Source: a virus (lineage: Duplodnaviria; Caudoviricetes). Taken from it: a DNA stretch of 64,000 nt. Under the pieces are notes generated by a model. The model saw only the letters and a program-made list of their open reading frames with translations. It searched no databases and had not been told where the DNA came from. The DNA is taken from IMG/VR virus record IMGVR_UViG_3300021426_000063, positions 169,104 to 233,103 of that record; one strand, 5' to 3'. The position numbers and the translations under genes are program-made. Positions 8,512-19,015 of the stretch are shown here, in pieces. The first letter of the stretch is position 1. Each line of letters starts with the position of its first letter.

Positions 8512-11500
8512 ATGGCAAAATATGTAAAGGGTTTAAATGCTGGTTCCTCAACATTGACTGCAACATATTCAGGTAAAACTGCTAGTATTAATATAACAGT
8601 TAATAAGGGTGCTGGAACTTTAGGTAGTGCTGATGCATTATCTGACCATGAATATCGTACAGGTCCACATACATATACATTAACAGTTACAGGAGCATCA
8701 GGAAGTGTATCATTTAACACAAGTTCATCATATTTAACTGTTACAAAAGATGGAAGTTCTTATAATAAATCTGGATGGTCAGTTACATCTACTGGAGGTC
8801 TTGCAACTGCTGCTTCAATAAATGCTGGTACATATACAGTTAAGTGTTATGTTACATCTGCTGCAACCACTAATTATAATTCAGTATCTGGATATTTAAC
8901 TTGGACATTTAAAATTACAAAAGCCACACCAACCTGTTCAATATCAATACCTGATTATACATATGGTGGAACAAAATCTAATTATAATTTCTCTGCTAAT
9001 ATGGGTGTTGGAAGTGTTGATGTATATCTTAACTCAACCAATTCAACATCTGGTGGAACATTGTGGGGTAATGCAACATCTACAACATTGAATGCTGGTA
9101 CAAGATATATATATGCAATTGTTGGTGCTGGAACAAATACAAATGCAGTTACTGTTGGACCAACTGCTTTTACAATCAGTAAAGCTAGTCAGTCTGCTCC
9201 AACTGCATCAGGTAATTCAAGTACATATTCAACATCTGGTTCAATTAGTGGTAGTGCATCAGGAGGTGGAGGTGTTGGTACACTTTATTATAAGGCAGAT
9301 ACATCAGGTGGAACAAGTTATGGTACAGCTGCAACATCTGTATCAAGGTCAAGGTCTTCTGTTGGTACAACAACCTTTGTTGCTTACTGGAGTGGTAATG
9401 ATAACTATAATGCATCACCAAATTCAAATCAAGCAAGTCTTGTTATTGGTAAAGCAGATCAGTCTGCTCCAACAGCATATGGAGATACAAAATCATATGG
9501 TTCAACAGCAACTGCAACAACATCTGGTGGTGGCGGTCAGGGTTCTATTGAATGGTCTAATGGTAGTACAAGAACAGATGTTGGTTCACAGACAACAAAA
9601 GCAAGATGGTCTGGTAACAGTAATTATAATGCATCAGGTTGGTCTAATGAGGTAACACTTAAAATCAACAAAGCAGATCAGTCTGCTCCAACACCAAAAG
9701 GATCATCAAGTACTTATTCATCATCTGGTTCAATTAGTGGTAGTGCATCAGGAGGTGGAGGTCATGGTTCACTTTATTATAAGGTTGATACATCAGGTGG
9801 AACCAGTTATGGTTCTGCAACAACTACTGCACCTTCAAGAAATAGGAACTCTGTTGGTACAACCACTTTTGTTGCTTACTGGGGTGGTGATGGTAACTAT
9901 AATGCATCACCTAATTCAAGTCAGGCAAGTCTTGTTATTGATAGAGCAGGTCAGCCTGCTCCAACTGCAACAGGTTCATCAGTAACATATCCTAATACTG
10001 CAACTGCATCATATTCAGGTGGTGGAGGTGTTGGTACGCTTACTTGGACAAATGGTAGTTCAAGATCTGCAATTGGTTCACAGACAACAAAGGCATATTG
10101 GAGTGGTAATGGTAATTATTATGCTTCTGGATATTCTAATGAAGTAACACTTTCTGTATCTAAATATACACCAACCATTTCTTTGTCTGCAACAGATAGG
10201 ATATATAATGGTAATGCCCTTTATGCAACAGCAACAGTATCTGTTCCTTCTGGTGGTAAAACTATGAAAGGTACTATTTATTATGGTACATCTTCTGGTT
10301 CAACATCATATAGTGTATCCTATAGTGGTTCTGCTGTATCATTGAGTTCAGTGAGTGTAACTAACTATAATAGTGGTTCTGGTAATTCAGTAACTGTATT
10401 TGCTTACTTTGTACCTGACAGTACTTGTAATGATGTATATAATAGTTCAGGCAATGCAAGTAAGACTATGACCATTACTGGTCCTACAAGTCAGTCTGCT
10501 CCAACAGCAACAGGTGCTTCTTCTCAATATGCAACATCTGGTTCAATTAGTGGTAGTGCATCAGGTGGTGGTGGGCATGGTACACTTTATTATAAGGCAG
10601 ATACTAATGGAGGAACAAGTTATGGTTCTGCTGCAACATCTGTATCAAGGTCAAAGAGTTCTTTGGGTACAACAACCTTTGTTGCTTACTGGGGTGGTGA
10701 TGGTAACTATAATGCATCAGGTAATTCTAACCAGGCAAGTCTTACTGTTGTAAAGGCAGATCAATCTGCTCCAACAGCAACCGGTTCATCAGTAACTTAT
10801 CCTAGTACTGCAACTGCTTCTGCATCTGGTGGAGGCGGTCAGGGTTCTATTGAGTGGTATAATGGTAGTTCAAGGTCTGCCATTGGTTCACAGACAACAA
10901 AGGCAAGATGGTCTGGAAATACATATTATAATGCATCTGGATATTCTATTGAGGTAACTCTTTCAGTTGCAAAATATACACCAACTGTTACATTGTCTGC
11001 AACAGATAGAGCATACAATGGTAATGCTTTATATGCATCAGCAACAGTATCTGTACCATCAGGAGGTAAGACAATGAAAGGTACAATATACTATGGTACA
11101 TCTTCTGGTTCAACATCATATAGTGTATCATATAGTGGTTCTTCTGTATCATTGAGTTCAGTAAGTGTAACTAATGTTGGTTCAGCAACAGTATATGCTT
11201 ACTTTGTACCTGACAGTACTTGTAATGATGTATACAATAGTTCAGGTAATGTAAGTAAGACATTTACTGTTAGAAAGGCTGATCAGGATGCTCCAACAGC
11301 AACTGGTTCATCAGTTACTTATCCTAGTACTGCTACTGCTTCCGCTTCAGGTGGAGGTGGTCAGGGTTCTATTGAATGGTATAATGGTTCATCAAGAAGT
11401 TCTGTTGGTTCACAGACAACAAAAGCAAGATGGTCTGGTAACAGTAATTATAATGCATCAGGTTATTCTAATGAAGTAACTCTTTCAGTTGCTAAATATA

Positions 11501-14500
11501 CACCTTCTGTAACATTGAGTGTAACTGATAGGAAGTATAATGGAAATGCACTTTATGCAACAGCAACTGTATCAGGTGCATCTGGTGGTGCAACTCCAAA
11601 GGGAACTATTTATTATGGTACAAGTTCAGGTTCAACATCATATAGTGTTTCATATACTGGTTCTTCTGTATTATTGAGTTCAGTGAGTGTAACTAATGTT
11701 GGTTCAGCAACAGTATATGCTTACTTTACACCAGATTCTACTTGTAGTGGTGTCTATAATAACTCTGGTAGTGCAAGTAAGACATTTACTGTTAGTAAGG
11801 CTGACCAATCTGCTCCAACAGCAACAGGTGCAACAGTTACTTATCCTAGTACTGCTACTGCTACTGCTACAGGTGGTGGTGGTCAAGGTACACTTACTTG
11901 GACTAATGGAGATACACAAAGTGGTGCTGGTTCAAAAACAACAAAGGCTTACTGGGCTGGTAACAGTAATTATAATGCATCAGGTTATTCTAATGAAGTA
12001 ACACTTAAAGTTAACAAGGCTGCTGGTTCTACTGGTGTATCAACATCAGCAATGTCAATTACTTATAGTACAACATCTGCAACAAGAACAGTATCTGGAA
12101 ATACAAATACTGTATCTGTTTCTTCAAGTAATGAAAATATTGCTACTGTATCAATTTCTGGTTCAACTATTACAGTAAACAGAATTGGTTATGGTAGTGC
12201 AACCATAACTGCTTCTGTTGATGCTGCTACTAATTATGAGGCAGCAACATCATCATTCACAGTTACTAATTACAAGGCTGCTGGTAGTGTTAAGACTGCA
12301 CCAGCCAATAATGGTGCAACATATGGTTCAGGAAGTTATTTGTGTACAACAGGTGCTTCTGATACAGGTACAATGTATTATAGACTTGGTACAAGTGGAA
12401 GTTATAGTACAACAAGACCAACAACAAGTGGACTCAATGTTGGTTCATATACATTGTATTACTATGCTGCTGAATCAACTAATTACTATGCAACAAGTGC
12501 TGCATCTATTACAGTTACAGTTGTACAGGCAAATGGTTCAGTTGCTGGTAATGTTACTGATAGAACATATAATACTTCAGGTCAGACTGTAGGTACACTT
12601 ACATCTGCAACTGGTGATTATTATCTTGGATTTGGTAGTTCAACATCTTCTGGTCCATCATCTTGGGGAACAAAGAATGTTAATACTATTTCTGCAACAA
12701 CAGCAGGAACATATTATGTTTGGGCAAAATGTGATGCTTCTACAAATTATAAAGCTGTTGGTGCGACATACATTGGAAAAGCAATAATAAGTAGGGCATC
12801 AACCAATGCTCCTGTTCTTGTTGCCGGTGGTACAACAACATATACAGGTTCAACCTATTATGCTACTGCTGCCAATGGTAGTGGTAACCCTTCTGGTACA
12901 ATCAAGTATGGTGCAACATCAGGTGCTTCTACTTACAGTATGACAGCAGGTACTGCTGCTAATATGACAAGTATGGGTAGAAGTGATGTTGGTACAACAA
13001 CCATCTATGCCTTCTTCCAACCAACAGATACAACCAACTATTCTAATTCTGGTGTTGCATCAACAACTGTAACCATTACTAAACCAGCAGGTGGTTCAGG
13101 TAGTGTAACAATGTCAGGTTGGACATATGGTGGAACAGTAACTAACCCTAATCCATCATCAAGTACTAATGGTACAAGTAATGTATCTTACACCTGGTAT
13201 GATTCTGGAAAGACAGCTTTGTCATCAAAACCAGGTTCTACTTCAACAGCAGGAACATATTATGTAAAGGCAACCTTTGCTGCCACTACAAACTATACAG
13301 AATACACAACTGATTATGTATCATTCACAATCAGTAAGGCTACTGGTTCAGGTAGTGTAACAATGTCAGGTTGGACATATGGAGGTACTGTAACAAATCC
13401 ATCACCATCATCAAGTACTAATGGTACAAGTAATGTATCTTACACCTGGTACAATTCAAGTAAGACAGAGTTGTCAAGTAAGCCAGGATCCAACTCAACA
13501 GCAGGAACATATTATGTAAGGGCAACCTTTGCAGCAACAGCAAACTACAATGCTGTGACAACAGATTATGTATCATTCCCAATCAGCAAGGCAGCAGGTA
13601 CTCTTTCAGGTAGTACAACTAATAGTACATATAATGGTTCAGGACAGGTTATTGGTACAATAACATCTACCACAGGTACATACTATCTTGGATTTGGTAG
13701 TTCTGCCACATCTGGTCCATCATCTTGGGGTTCAGCAAATACATCACTTTCAGCAACCAATGCCGGAACATATTATGTATGGGCATACTGTGATGCTTCA
13801 ACTAACTATAATGGTGTTGGTTCAAAGTACATTGGTCCAGCAACAATATCACAGAAGTCAGTTACAGTCACAGCAGCATCAGATTCAAAGGTATATAATG
13901 GTACTGCATTGACAAACAATACTGCATCCATCAGTGGTCAGGTGAGTGGTCATACACTTAACTCTGTAACGGTAACAGGTTCACAGACAAATGTTGGTTC
14001 ATCTTCCAATGTACCAAGTGGTGCAAAGATTTATTCTGGTTCAACAGATGTTACAAGTAATTATAGTATTACTTATACAAATGGTACATTGACTGTTTCA
14101 AATGCAACCATCACAGTATCTGCACCTAACCAGAGTTATACATATACTGGTTCAGCACAGGGTAATGCCATTACAGTAACAACTGTTAACAGTCAGACAG
14201 CAACCATCAAGTATGGTACAACATCTGGTACATACAATTTGACATCAGCACCACAGATAACCAATGTTGCTGAATCAAAGACTATCTACTATAAGGTAAC
14301 TGCACCTAACCATGCTGATAAGACAGGTTCTTATACATTGACTATAACCAACAAATCAATCTCTATACCTACTCCAACAAGTGTATCAAAGACCTATGAC
14401 AGGACAGCATACAGTGCAACCTTTGGTGCTGCAACTGGTGCAACAATAACCAAGTGGAGATACTCAACAGATAACTCTACTTGGACAGAGACATCAAGTG

Positions 14501-17500
14501 GTAATCCAACACAGACCAATTATGGTACACTTTATGTCCAGGCATATTATTCTGCAAACACAAACTACACAGGTAGTAATTGGTCTGCATCTGCAACCAT
14601 CTCAATAGCAAAGAGGGAGGTAACCCTTACTTGGGGTACACATACTTGGACATATGATGGTGGTGCAAAGACTGTTACTTGTACTGCTGGTAATGTTGTT
14701 TCAGGTGATACTTGTACTGTTACATTAAGTAATCAGAGTAGGACCGCTGCTGGTTCACAGACAGTTACAGCAACAGGTTTGAGTAATTCAAATTATAAGT
14801 TGCCATCATCTACTACAACAACATTGACTATAAACAAGGCTACATTGACTGTTGTTGAGTCAAGTTATAGTGGAACATATGATGGAAACAACCATTCAAG
14901 TACTGTTAAGGTAACAAATTCAGACTGGACAGGTAAGACCATTGTTTATGGTTCAAGTACATCTTATGGTTCAACTGCAACAACTACTGGTACTTATAAT
15001 ACAGCATATGCAGTACATACTGCAAAGGATTACACATCATCAATAACTATCTATTATAAGATTACTGGTGATGACAACTATAATGACTTTGCTGACAGTG
15101 TAACCTTCCAGATTGGTAAGGCAACAGGTACACTTACTGGTAGTACATCAAACAAGATATACAATGCATCATCACAGGTTATTGGTACAATATCTTTCAA
15201 TACAGGTACATACTATCTTGGTCTTGGTAGTTCAACTACATCAGGTCCATCATCTTGGGGTTCAGCAAATAGTTCACTTTCTGTAAAGGATGCTGGAACA
15301 TACTATGTATGGGCAAAGTGTGATGGTTCAACCAACTACAATGCTGTATCAGCAAAGTACATTGGTCCAGCAACAGTATCACAGAAATCAGTTACAGTTA
15401 CTGCCGGTTCAGCAGAGAAGGTATATAATGGTACTGCATTGACCAGTAGTAATGCAACAGCAACTGGTCTTGCAAGTGAGAATCACCATCTACATTCTTG
15501 GACTTGTACTGGTTCACAGACCTATGTTGGTTCCGGTCCTAACACTGCAAGTAATGCCAAGATTTATGAAGGTACTCATAATGGTACAGAGATTGATGTA
15601 ACATCTAATTACAGTATCTCTTACAGTCAGGGTATATTGTCAGTTACAAAGGCAACACCAGTTGTGACAGTTACGGGTGTAACAGCAGACTACACAGGTG
15701 GTTCATTCTATTCAACTGCAAAGGCCAATGCAATTGGTACATTCTATTGGAAGAAGGGTTCTGCACCTACAACATCATCTTATGATGGTAGTGTTGAGTT
15801 GTCTACATTGAACACAGCAACCAATGCTGCTTTTGTAAAGAACAACTCTGATGACTTTGAGATGTTCTGGTTGTTTGTTCCAAGTGGTACAGCAACCATT
15901 GCATCAGGTCAGACATACTCTGCCAACTTCAGTTCTACATCAAGTGGTAGTTCAGGTGTCAACCTCATCATTAATCCAAGAGATATATCAAAGGTATCTG
16001 CATCAGTAGCATCAGTCACATACAATGGTTCACAGCAGACTGCATCAGTAAATGTAACTGATACAGCAACCATCACTTCGAGTGATTATACCATCTCTGG
16101 TAATACTGGAACCAATGCTGGTAATTATTCAATCACCATCACAGGTAAGAATAACTACACAGGTACAAAGACCATCACCTGGACAATAAATAAGAAGTCT
16201 GTCACAGTTACAGCTGGTTCAGCATCAAAGGTATATGATGGTACTCCATTGACAAAGACTGATGGTGTAACCACAACAACACTTGGTACTGGAGACCATC
16301 TCCACTCATTCAAAGTAACTGGTTCAATCACCAATGTTGGTATTGAAAACAATGTATTGAGTGAGATCAAGATTTACAAGGGTACTCATAATGGTACAGA
16401 AACAGATGCAACAAGTAACTATACCATCACTTCTGAAAATGGTACATTGATTGTTAACAATGCAACAATCACAGTATCTGCACCTAATCAGGAATACATC
16501 TATAACGGTTCAGCCCAGGGTGCTGCTATCTCTGCATCTGCTGTTGGTGGTCAGACAGCAACCATCAAGTATGGTACAACAAATGGTTCTTACACATTGA
16601 CAACAGCACCACAGATAACAACTGTTGCTGAATCAAAGACCATATACTATCAGGTGACTGCACCTAACCACACAACAAAGACAGGTTCATACACTCTTAC
16701 TATCAAGAAGTTCACAGTCAATGCAACTGCAACCAATCAGTCAAAGACCTATAATGGTACCGCATTGAATGCTGAAAACACAGGTAGTATAGTTGAGACT
16801 CTTCCTACTGGACATACCATTACTTATAGTTGTACTGGTTCACAGACCAATGTTGGTTCATCTGCCAAGACTTTGTCATCTGTAACTATCAAGAATGGTT
16901 CAGGTACAGATGTGACTGCAAACTTCACAGTCAATAAGAACAATGGTACATTGACAGTTAATGCAGCAACCATCACAGTATCTGCTCCTAAACAGTCATA
17001 CACATATGATGGTAATAAGCATGGTAATGCTATCACAGTAACAACTGTGAACAGTCAGGAAGCAACCATCAAGTATAGTACATCATCAACAGGTACATTC
17101 ACAACAACTGTTCCACAGATTACTAATGTTGCTGAATCAAAGACTATCTACTATCAGGTGACTGCACCTAACCATATTGACAAGAGTGGTTCATATGAAT
17201 TGGAGATAACTGAAAAGTCAATCTCTATTCCAGCACCAACTGCAAAGGAAGAGACTTACACAGGTACAGCATATTCAGCATCCTTTGGTTCTGCTACTGG
17301 TGCAACCATCACCAAGTATCAGTACTCATCAGATAACTCTACTTGGACTGATTCAAACACCAATCCAACCAGGACTGATGCAGGTACAACTTATGTGAGG
17401 GCATACTACACTGCTGGTACTAACTACAAAGGTAGTGGTTGGTCAACTAGTACAACCATCAAGGTTAACAATGCTACAATGACAGTGTCTGCACCTAACC

Positions 17501-18639
17501 AGAGTTATATGTATAATGGTTCATCTCAGGGTACTGCAATATCTGCTACAACAGTTAACAGTCAGGCCACAACAATCACCTATGGTACAACATCTGGTTC
17601 ATATACATTGTCATCTGCTCCAAAGATAACCAATGTATCAGAATCAAAGACTATCTATTATAAGGTGACTGCACCTAACCATAATGATAAGACAGGTTCA
17701 TACACATTGACTATCACCCAGAGGGCAATCACCTTCAAGGCTGATGATCAGTCAAAGGTATATGATGGTACTACATTGTCAGCAGAGAACACTGCAACAA
17801 GAGTCACATCAACAGGTAATGCTCTTGTTTCCGGACACACTGTTGCATTCACCTGTTCAGGTACACAGACAGTAGTTGGTTCATCTGACAAAACCTTGTC
17901 AACTGTAACCATCTATGATGCATCTACCAATAATGTATCTGCTAACTATGCAATCACAAAGAACAAGGGTACATTGACTGTTACAGCAAGGACTGTTACA
18001 TTCACAGAACCTACATTCAACAGTGATACATTGACATACAACAAGTCATCAAAGACTCTTGCTTCTGGTGCAACCTGTTCTGCCGGTGGAGTTATGTATT
18101 ACTATGCATCAACATCATCAACACCTGCTACATTCTCTACAACCACTTGGAGTACTGATTCAGCAAGTGCAGTTAATGCAGGCACATATAATGTATGGTA
18201 TTATTGTTATGTAGTAGATACAGATAACAACACAGGTACAGGTATCAACACAGCAAATAAGATGAGTGGTACAAAGACCATTGGTCAGAGGGAGGTAACA
18301 CTTACCTGGGGTACAAGAACATGGACATATGATGGTTCAGCACACTCAACAACCTGTACTGCTGGTAATCTTGTTTCTGGTGATACTTGTACTGTGACAT
18401 TGACTGGAAACTCAATAACAGAGATTGGTTCACAGACTGTGACAGCATCTTCATTGAGTAATCCAAACTACAAGTTACCAAGCAACAACACAGCAACCCT
18501 TACCATTGAACCAGGTATGTTTGTTAAGTTGAGTGGTTCTTGGACAGTAGTTAAGAAGATATACAAGAAGATATCAGGTCATTGGACAGAACAGTCATTT
18601 GACTCATTGAGTACAGATGATTTCTATGTCAAGAGATAA
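8512..18639 (+). CDS. Giant Ser/Thr/Gly-rich Ig/MBG-repeat fibre or adhesin-like virion protein (3375 aa)
   Basis: No signal peptide; many internal beta-sandwich repeats; starts with the C-terminal strands of a Big_2-like domain; C-terminal FVKLSGSWTVVKKIYKKISGHW motif resembles phage fibre anchor motifs. Confidence 0.8.
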   Translation: MAKYVKGLNAGSSTLTATYSGKTASINITVNKGAGTLGSADALSDHEYRTGPHTYTLTVTGASGSVSFNTSSSYLTVTKDGSSYNKSGWSVTSTGGLATAASINAGTYTVKCYVTSAATTNYNSVSGYLTWTFKITKATPTCSISIPDYTYGGTKSNYNFSANMGVGSVDVYLNSTNSTSGGTLWGNATSTTLNAGTRYIYAIVGAGTNTNAVTVGPTAFTISKASQSAPTASGNSSTYSTSGSISGSASGGGGVGTLYYKADTSGGTSYGTAATSVSRSRSSVGTTTFVAYWSGNDNYNASPNSNQASLVIGKADQSAPTAYGDTKSYGSTATATTSGGGGQGSIEWSNGSTRTDVGSQTTKARWSGNSNYNASGWSNEVTLKINKADQSAPTPKGSSSTYSSSGSISGSASGGGGHGSLYYKVDTSGGTSYGSATTTAPSRNRNSVGTTTFVAYWGGDGNYNASPNSSQASLVIDRAGQPAPTATGSSVTYPNTATASYSGGGGVGTLTWTNGSSRSAIGSQTTKAYWSGNGNYYASGYSNEVTLSVSKYTPTISLSATDRIYNGNALYATATVSVPSGGKTMKGTIYYGTSSGSTSYSVSYSGSAVSLSSVSVTNYNSGSGNSVTVFAYFVPDSTCNDVYNSSGNASKTMTITGPTSQSAPTATGASSQYATSGSISGSASGGGGHGTLYYKADTNGGTSYGSAATSVSRSKSSLGTTTFVAYWGGDGNYNASGNSNQASLTVVKADQSAPTATGSSVTYPSTATASASGGGGQGSIEWYNGSSRSAIGSQTTKARWSGNTYYNASGYSIEVTLSVAKYTPTVTLSATDRAYNGNALYASATVSVPSGGKTMKGTIYYGTSSGSTSYSVSYSGSSVSLSSVSVTNVGSATVYAYFVPDSTCNDVYNSSGNVSKTFTVRKADQDAPTATGSSVTYPSTATASASGGGGQGSIEWYNGSSRSSVGSQTTKARWSGNSNYNASGYSNEVTLSVAKYTPSVTLSVTDRKYNGNALYATATVSGASGGATPKGTIYYGTSSGSTSYSVSYTGSSVLLSSVSVTNVGSATVYAYFTPDSTCSGVYNNSGSASKTFTVSKADQSAPTATGATVTYPSTATATATGGGGQGTLTWTNGDTQSGAGSKTTKAYWAGNSNYNASGYSNEVTLKVNKAAGSTGVSTSAMSITYSTTSATRTVSGNTNTVSVSSSNENIATVSISGSTITVNRIGYGSATITASVDAATNYEAATSSFTVTNYKAAGSVKTAPANNGATYGSGSYLCTTGASDTGTMYYRLGTSGSYSTTRPTTSGLNVGSYTLYYYAAESTNYYATSAASITVTVVQANGSVAGNVTDRTYNTSGQTVGTLTSATGDYYLGFGSSTSSGPSSWGTKNVNTISATTAGTYYVWAKCDASTNYKAVGATYIGKAIISRASTNAPVLVAGGTTTYTGSTYYATAANGSGNPSGTIKYGATSGASTYSMTAGTAANMTSMGRSDVGTTTIYAFFQPTDTTNYSNSGVASTTVTITKPAGGSGSVTMSGWTYGGTVTNPNPSSSTNGTSNVSYTWYDSGKTALSSKPGSTSTAGTYYVKATFAATTNYTEYTTDYVSFTISKATGSGSVTMSGWTYGGTVTNPSPSSSTNGTSNVSYTWYNSSKTELSSKPGSNSTAGTYYVRATFAATANYNAVTTDYVSFPISKAAGTLSGSTTNSTYNGSGQVIGTITSTTGTYYLGFGSSATSGPSSWGSANTSLSATNAGTYYVWAYCDASTNYNGVGSKYIGPATISQKSVTVTAASDSKVYNGTALTNNTASISGQVSGHTLNSVTVTGSQTNVGSSSNVPSGAKIYSGSTDVTSNYSITYTNGTLTVSNATITVSAPNQSYTYTGSAQGNAITVTTVNSQTATIKYGTTSGTYNLTSAPQITNVAESKTIYYKVTAPNHADKTGSYTLTITNKSISIPTPTSVSKTYDRTAYSATFGAATGATITKWRYSTDNSTWTETSSGNPTQTNYGTLYVQAYYSANTNYTGSNWSASATISIAKREVTLTWGTHTWTYDGGAKTVTCTAGNVVSGDTCTVTLSNQSRTAAGSQTVTATGLSNSNYKLPSSTTTTLTINKATLTVVESSYSGTYDGNNHSSTVKVTNSDWTGKTIVYGSSTSYGSTATTTGTYNTAYAVHTAKDYTSSITIYYKITGDDNYNDFADSVTFQIGKATGTLTGSTSNKIYNASSQVIGTISFNTGTYYLGLGSSTTSGPSSWGSANSSLSVKDAGTYYVWAKCDGSTNYNAVSAKYIGPATVSQKSVTVTAGSAEKVYNGTALTSSNATATGLASENHHLHSWTCTGSQTYVGSGPNTASNAKIYEGTHNGTEIDVTSNYSISYSQGILSVTKATPVVTVTGVTADYTGGSFYSTAKANAIGTFYWKKGSAPTTSSYDGSVELSTLNTATNAAFVKNNSDDFEMFWLFVPSGTATIASGQTYSANFSSTSSGSSGVNLIINPRDISKVSASVASVTYNGSQQTASVNVTDTATITSSDYTISGNTGTNAGNYSITITGKNNYTGTKTITWTINKKSVTVTAGSASKVYDGTPLTKTDGVTTTTLGTGDHLHSFKVTGSITNVGIENNVLSEIKIYKGTHNGTETDATSNYTITSENGTLIVNNATITVSAPNQEYIYNGSAQGAAISASAVGGQTATIKYGTTNGSYTLTTAPQITTVAESKTIYYQVTAPNHTTKTGSYTLTIKKFTVNATATNQSKTYNGTALNAENTGSIVETLPTGHTITYSCTGSQTNVGSSAKTLSSVTIKNGSGTDVTANFTVNKNNGTLTVNAATITVSAPKQSYTYDGNKHGNAITVTTVNSQEATIKYSTSSTGTFTTTVPQITNVAESKTIYYQVTAPNHIDKSGSYELEITEKSISIPAPTAKEETYTGTAYSASFGSATGATITKYQYSSDNSTWTDSNTNPTRTDAGTTYVRAYYTAGTNYKGSGWSTSTTIKVNNATMTVSAPNQSYMYNGSSQGTAISATTVNSQATTITYGTTSGSYTLSSAPKITNVSESKTIYYKVTAPNHNDKTGSYTLTITQRAITFKADDQSKVYDGTTLSAENTATRVTSTGNALVSGHTVAFTCSGTQTVVGSSDKTLSTVTIYDASTNNVSANYAITKNKGTLTVTARTVTFTEPTFNSDTLTYNKSSKTLASGATCSAGGVMYYYASTSSTPATFSTTTWSTDSASAVNAGTYNVWYYCYVVDTDNNTGTGINTANKMSGTKTIGQREVTLTWGTRTWTYDGSAHSTTCTAGNLVSGDTCTVTLTGNSITEIGSQTVTASSLSNPNYKLPSNNTATLTIEPGMFVKLSGSWTVVKKIYKKISGHWTEQSFDSLSTDDFYVKR
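9181..12020 (+). repeat. Intragenic repeats: 8x (K)AxQSAPTA...GGGG units and 3x KYTP...YNGNALYA units
   Basis: QSAPT-type units start near 9181, 9451, 9670, 9943, 10489, 10753, 11275, 11797; KYTP units at 10162, 10972, 11494; high nucleotide identity. Confidence 0.85.
13093..13590 (+). repeat. Tandem duplication of an 84-aa MBG-like unit (252-nt period)
   Basis: GGTTCAGGTAGTGTAACAATGTCAGGTTGGACATATGG at 13093 and 13345. Confidence 0.85.
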
Positions 18640-18662
18640 TTTTGAATTTTCATAAATACATT

Positions 18663-18983
18663 ATGAGTTTTGTAAAATTTAGATACAGAAGAAGTAAACC
18701 ATTAGATCCGGTTCCTGGTTCATTCTATTGGGTTGAACTGGATGATGATGAAACACATCAGATATGGTTTGCCCCGGATACAAACCCTGAACACCTGATA
18801 CTTCTCAATGAGAATGTTGATTTGAGTTCATATGTGAGTGAAGAAGTTCTTGCAGAAGTCCTTGCTGATTATGCCAAGACAACAGACATTCCAGAAATAA
18901 CAGAATTAACAGAATCAGATTATGATAAGATTGCTGAAAAGGTTAATGAAAAAACATTACACCTGACCTGGCAAGAAATATAA
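18663..18983 (+). CDS. Small virion/fibre-associated hypothetical protein
   Basis: ATG 4 nt after CATAAATA (18651); start revised from TTG 18642. Confidence 0.65.
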   Translation: MSFVKFRYRRSKPLDPVPGSFYWVELDDDETHQIWFAPDTNPEHLILLNENVDLSSYVSEEVLAEVLADYAKTTDIPEITELTESDYDKIAEKVNEKTLHLTWQEI

Positions 18984-19015
18984 TATACAATATAAAAAAC
19001 AATAATAAAAAAATT

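Noticed and set aside
9092-13912. Alternative-frame ORFs rich in V/L/Q/H inside the fibre gene
   Set aside because: They are shadows of the repetitive, A/T-wobble codon usage of the main frame and lack expression signals.
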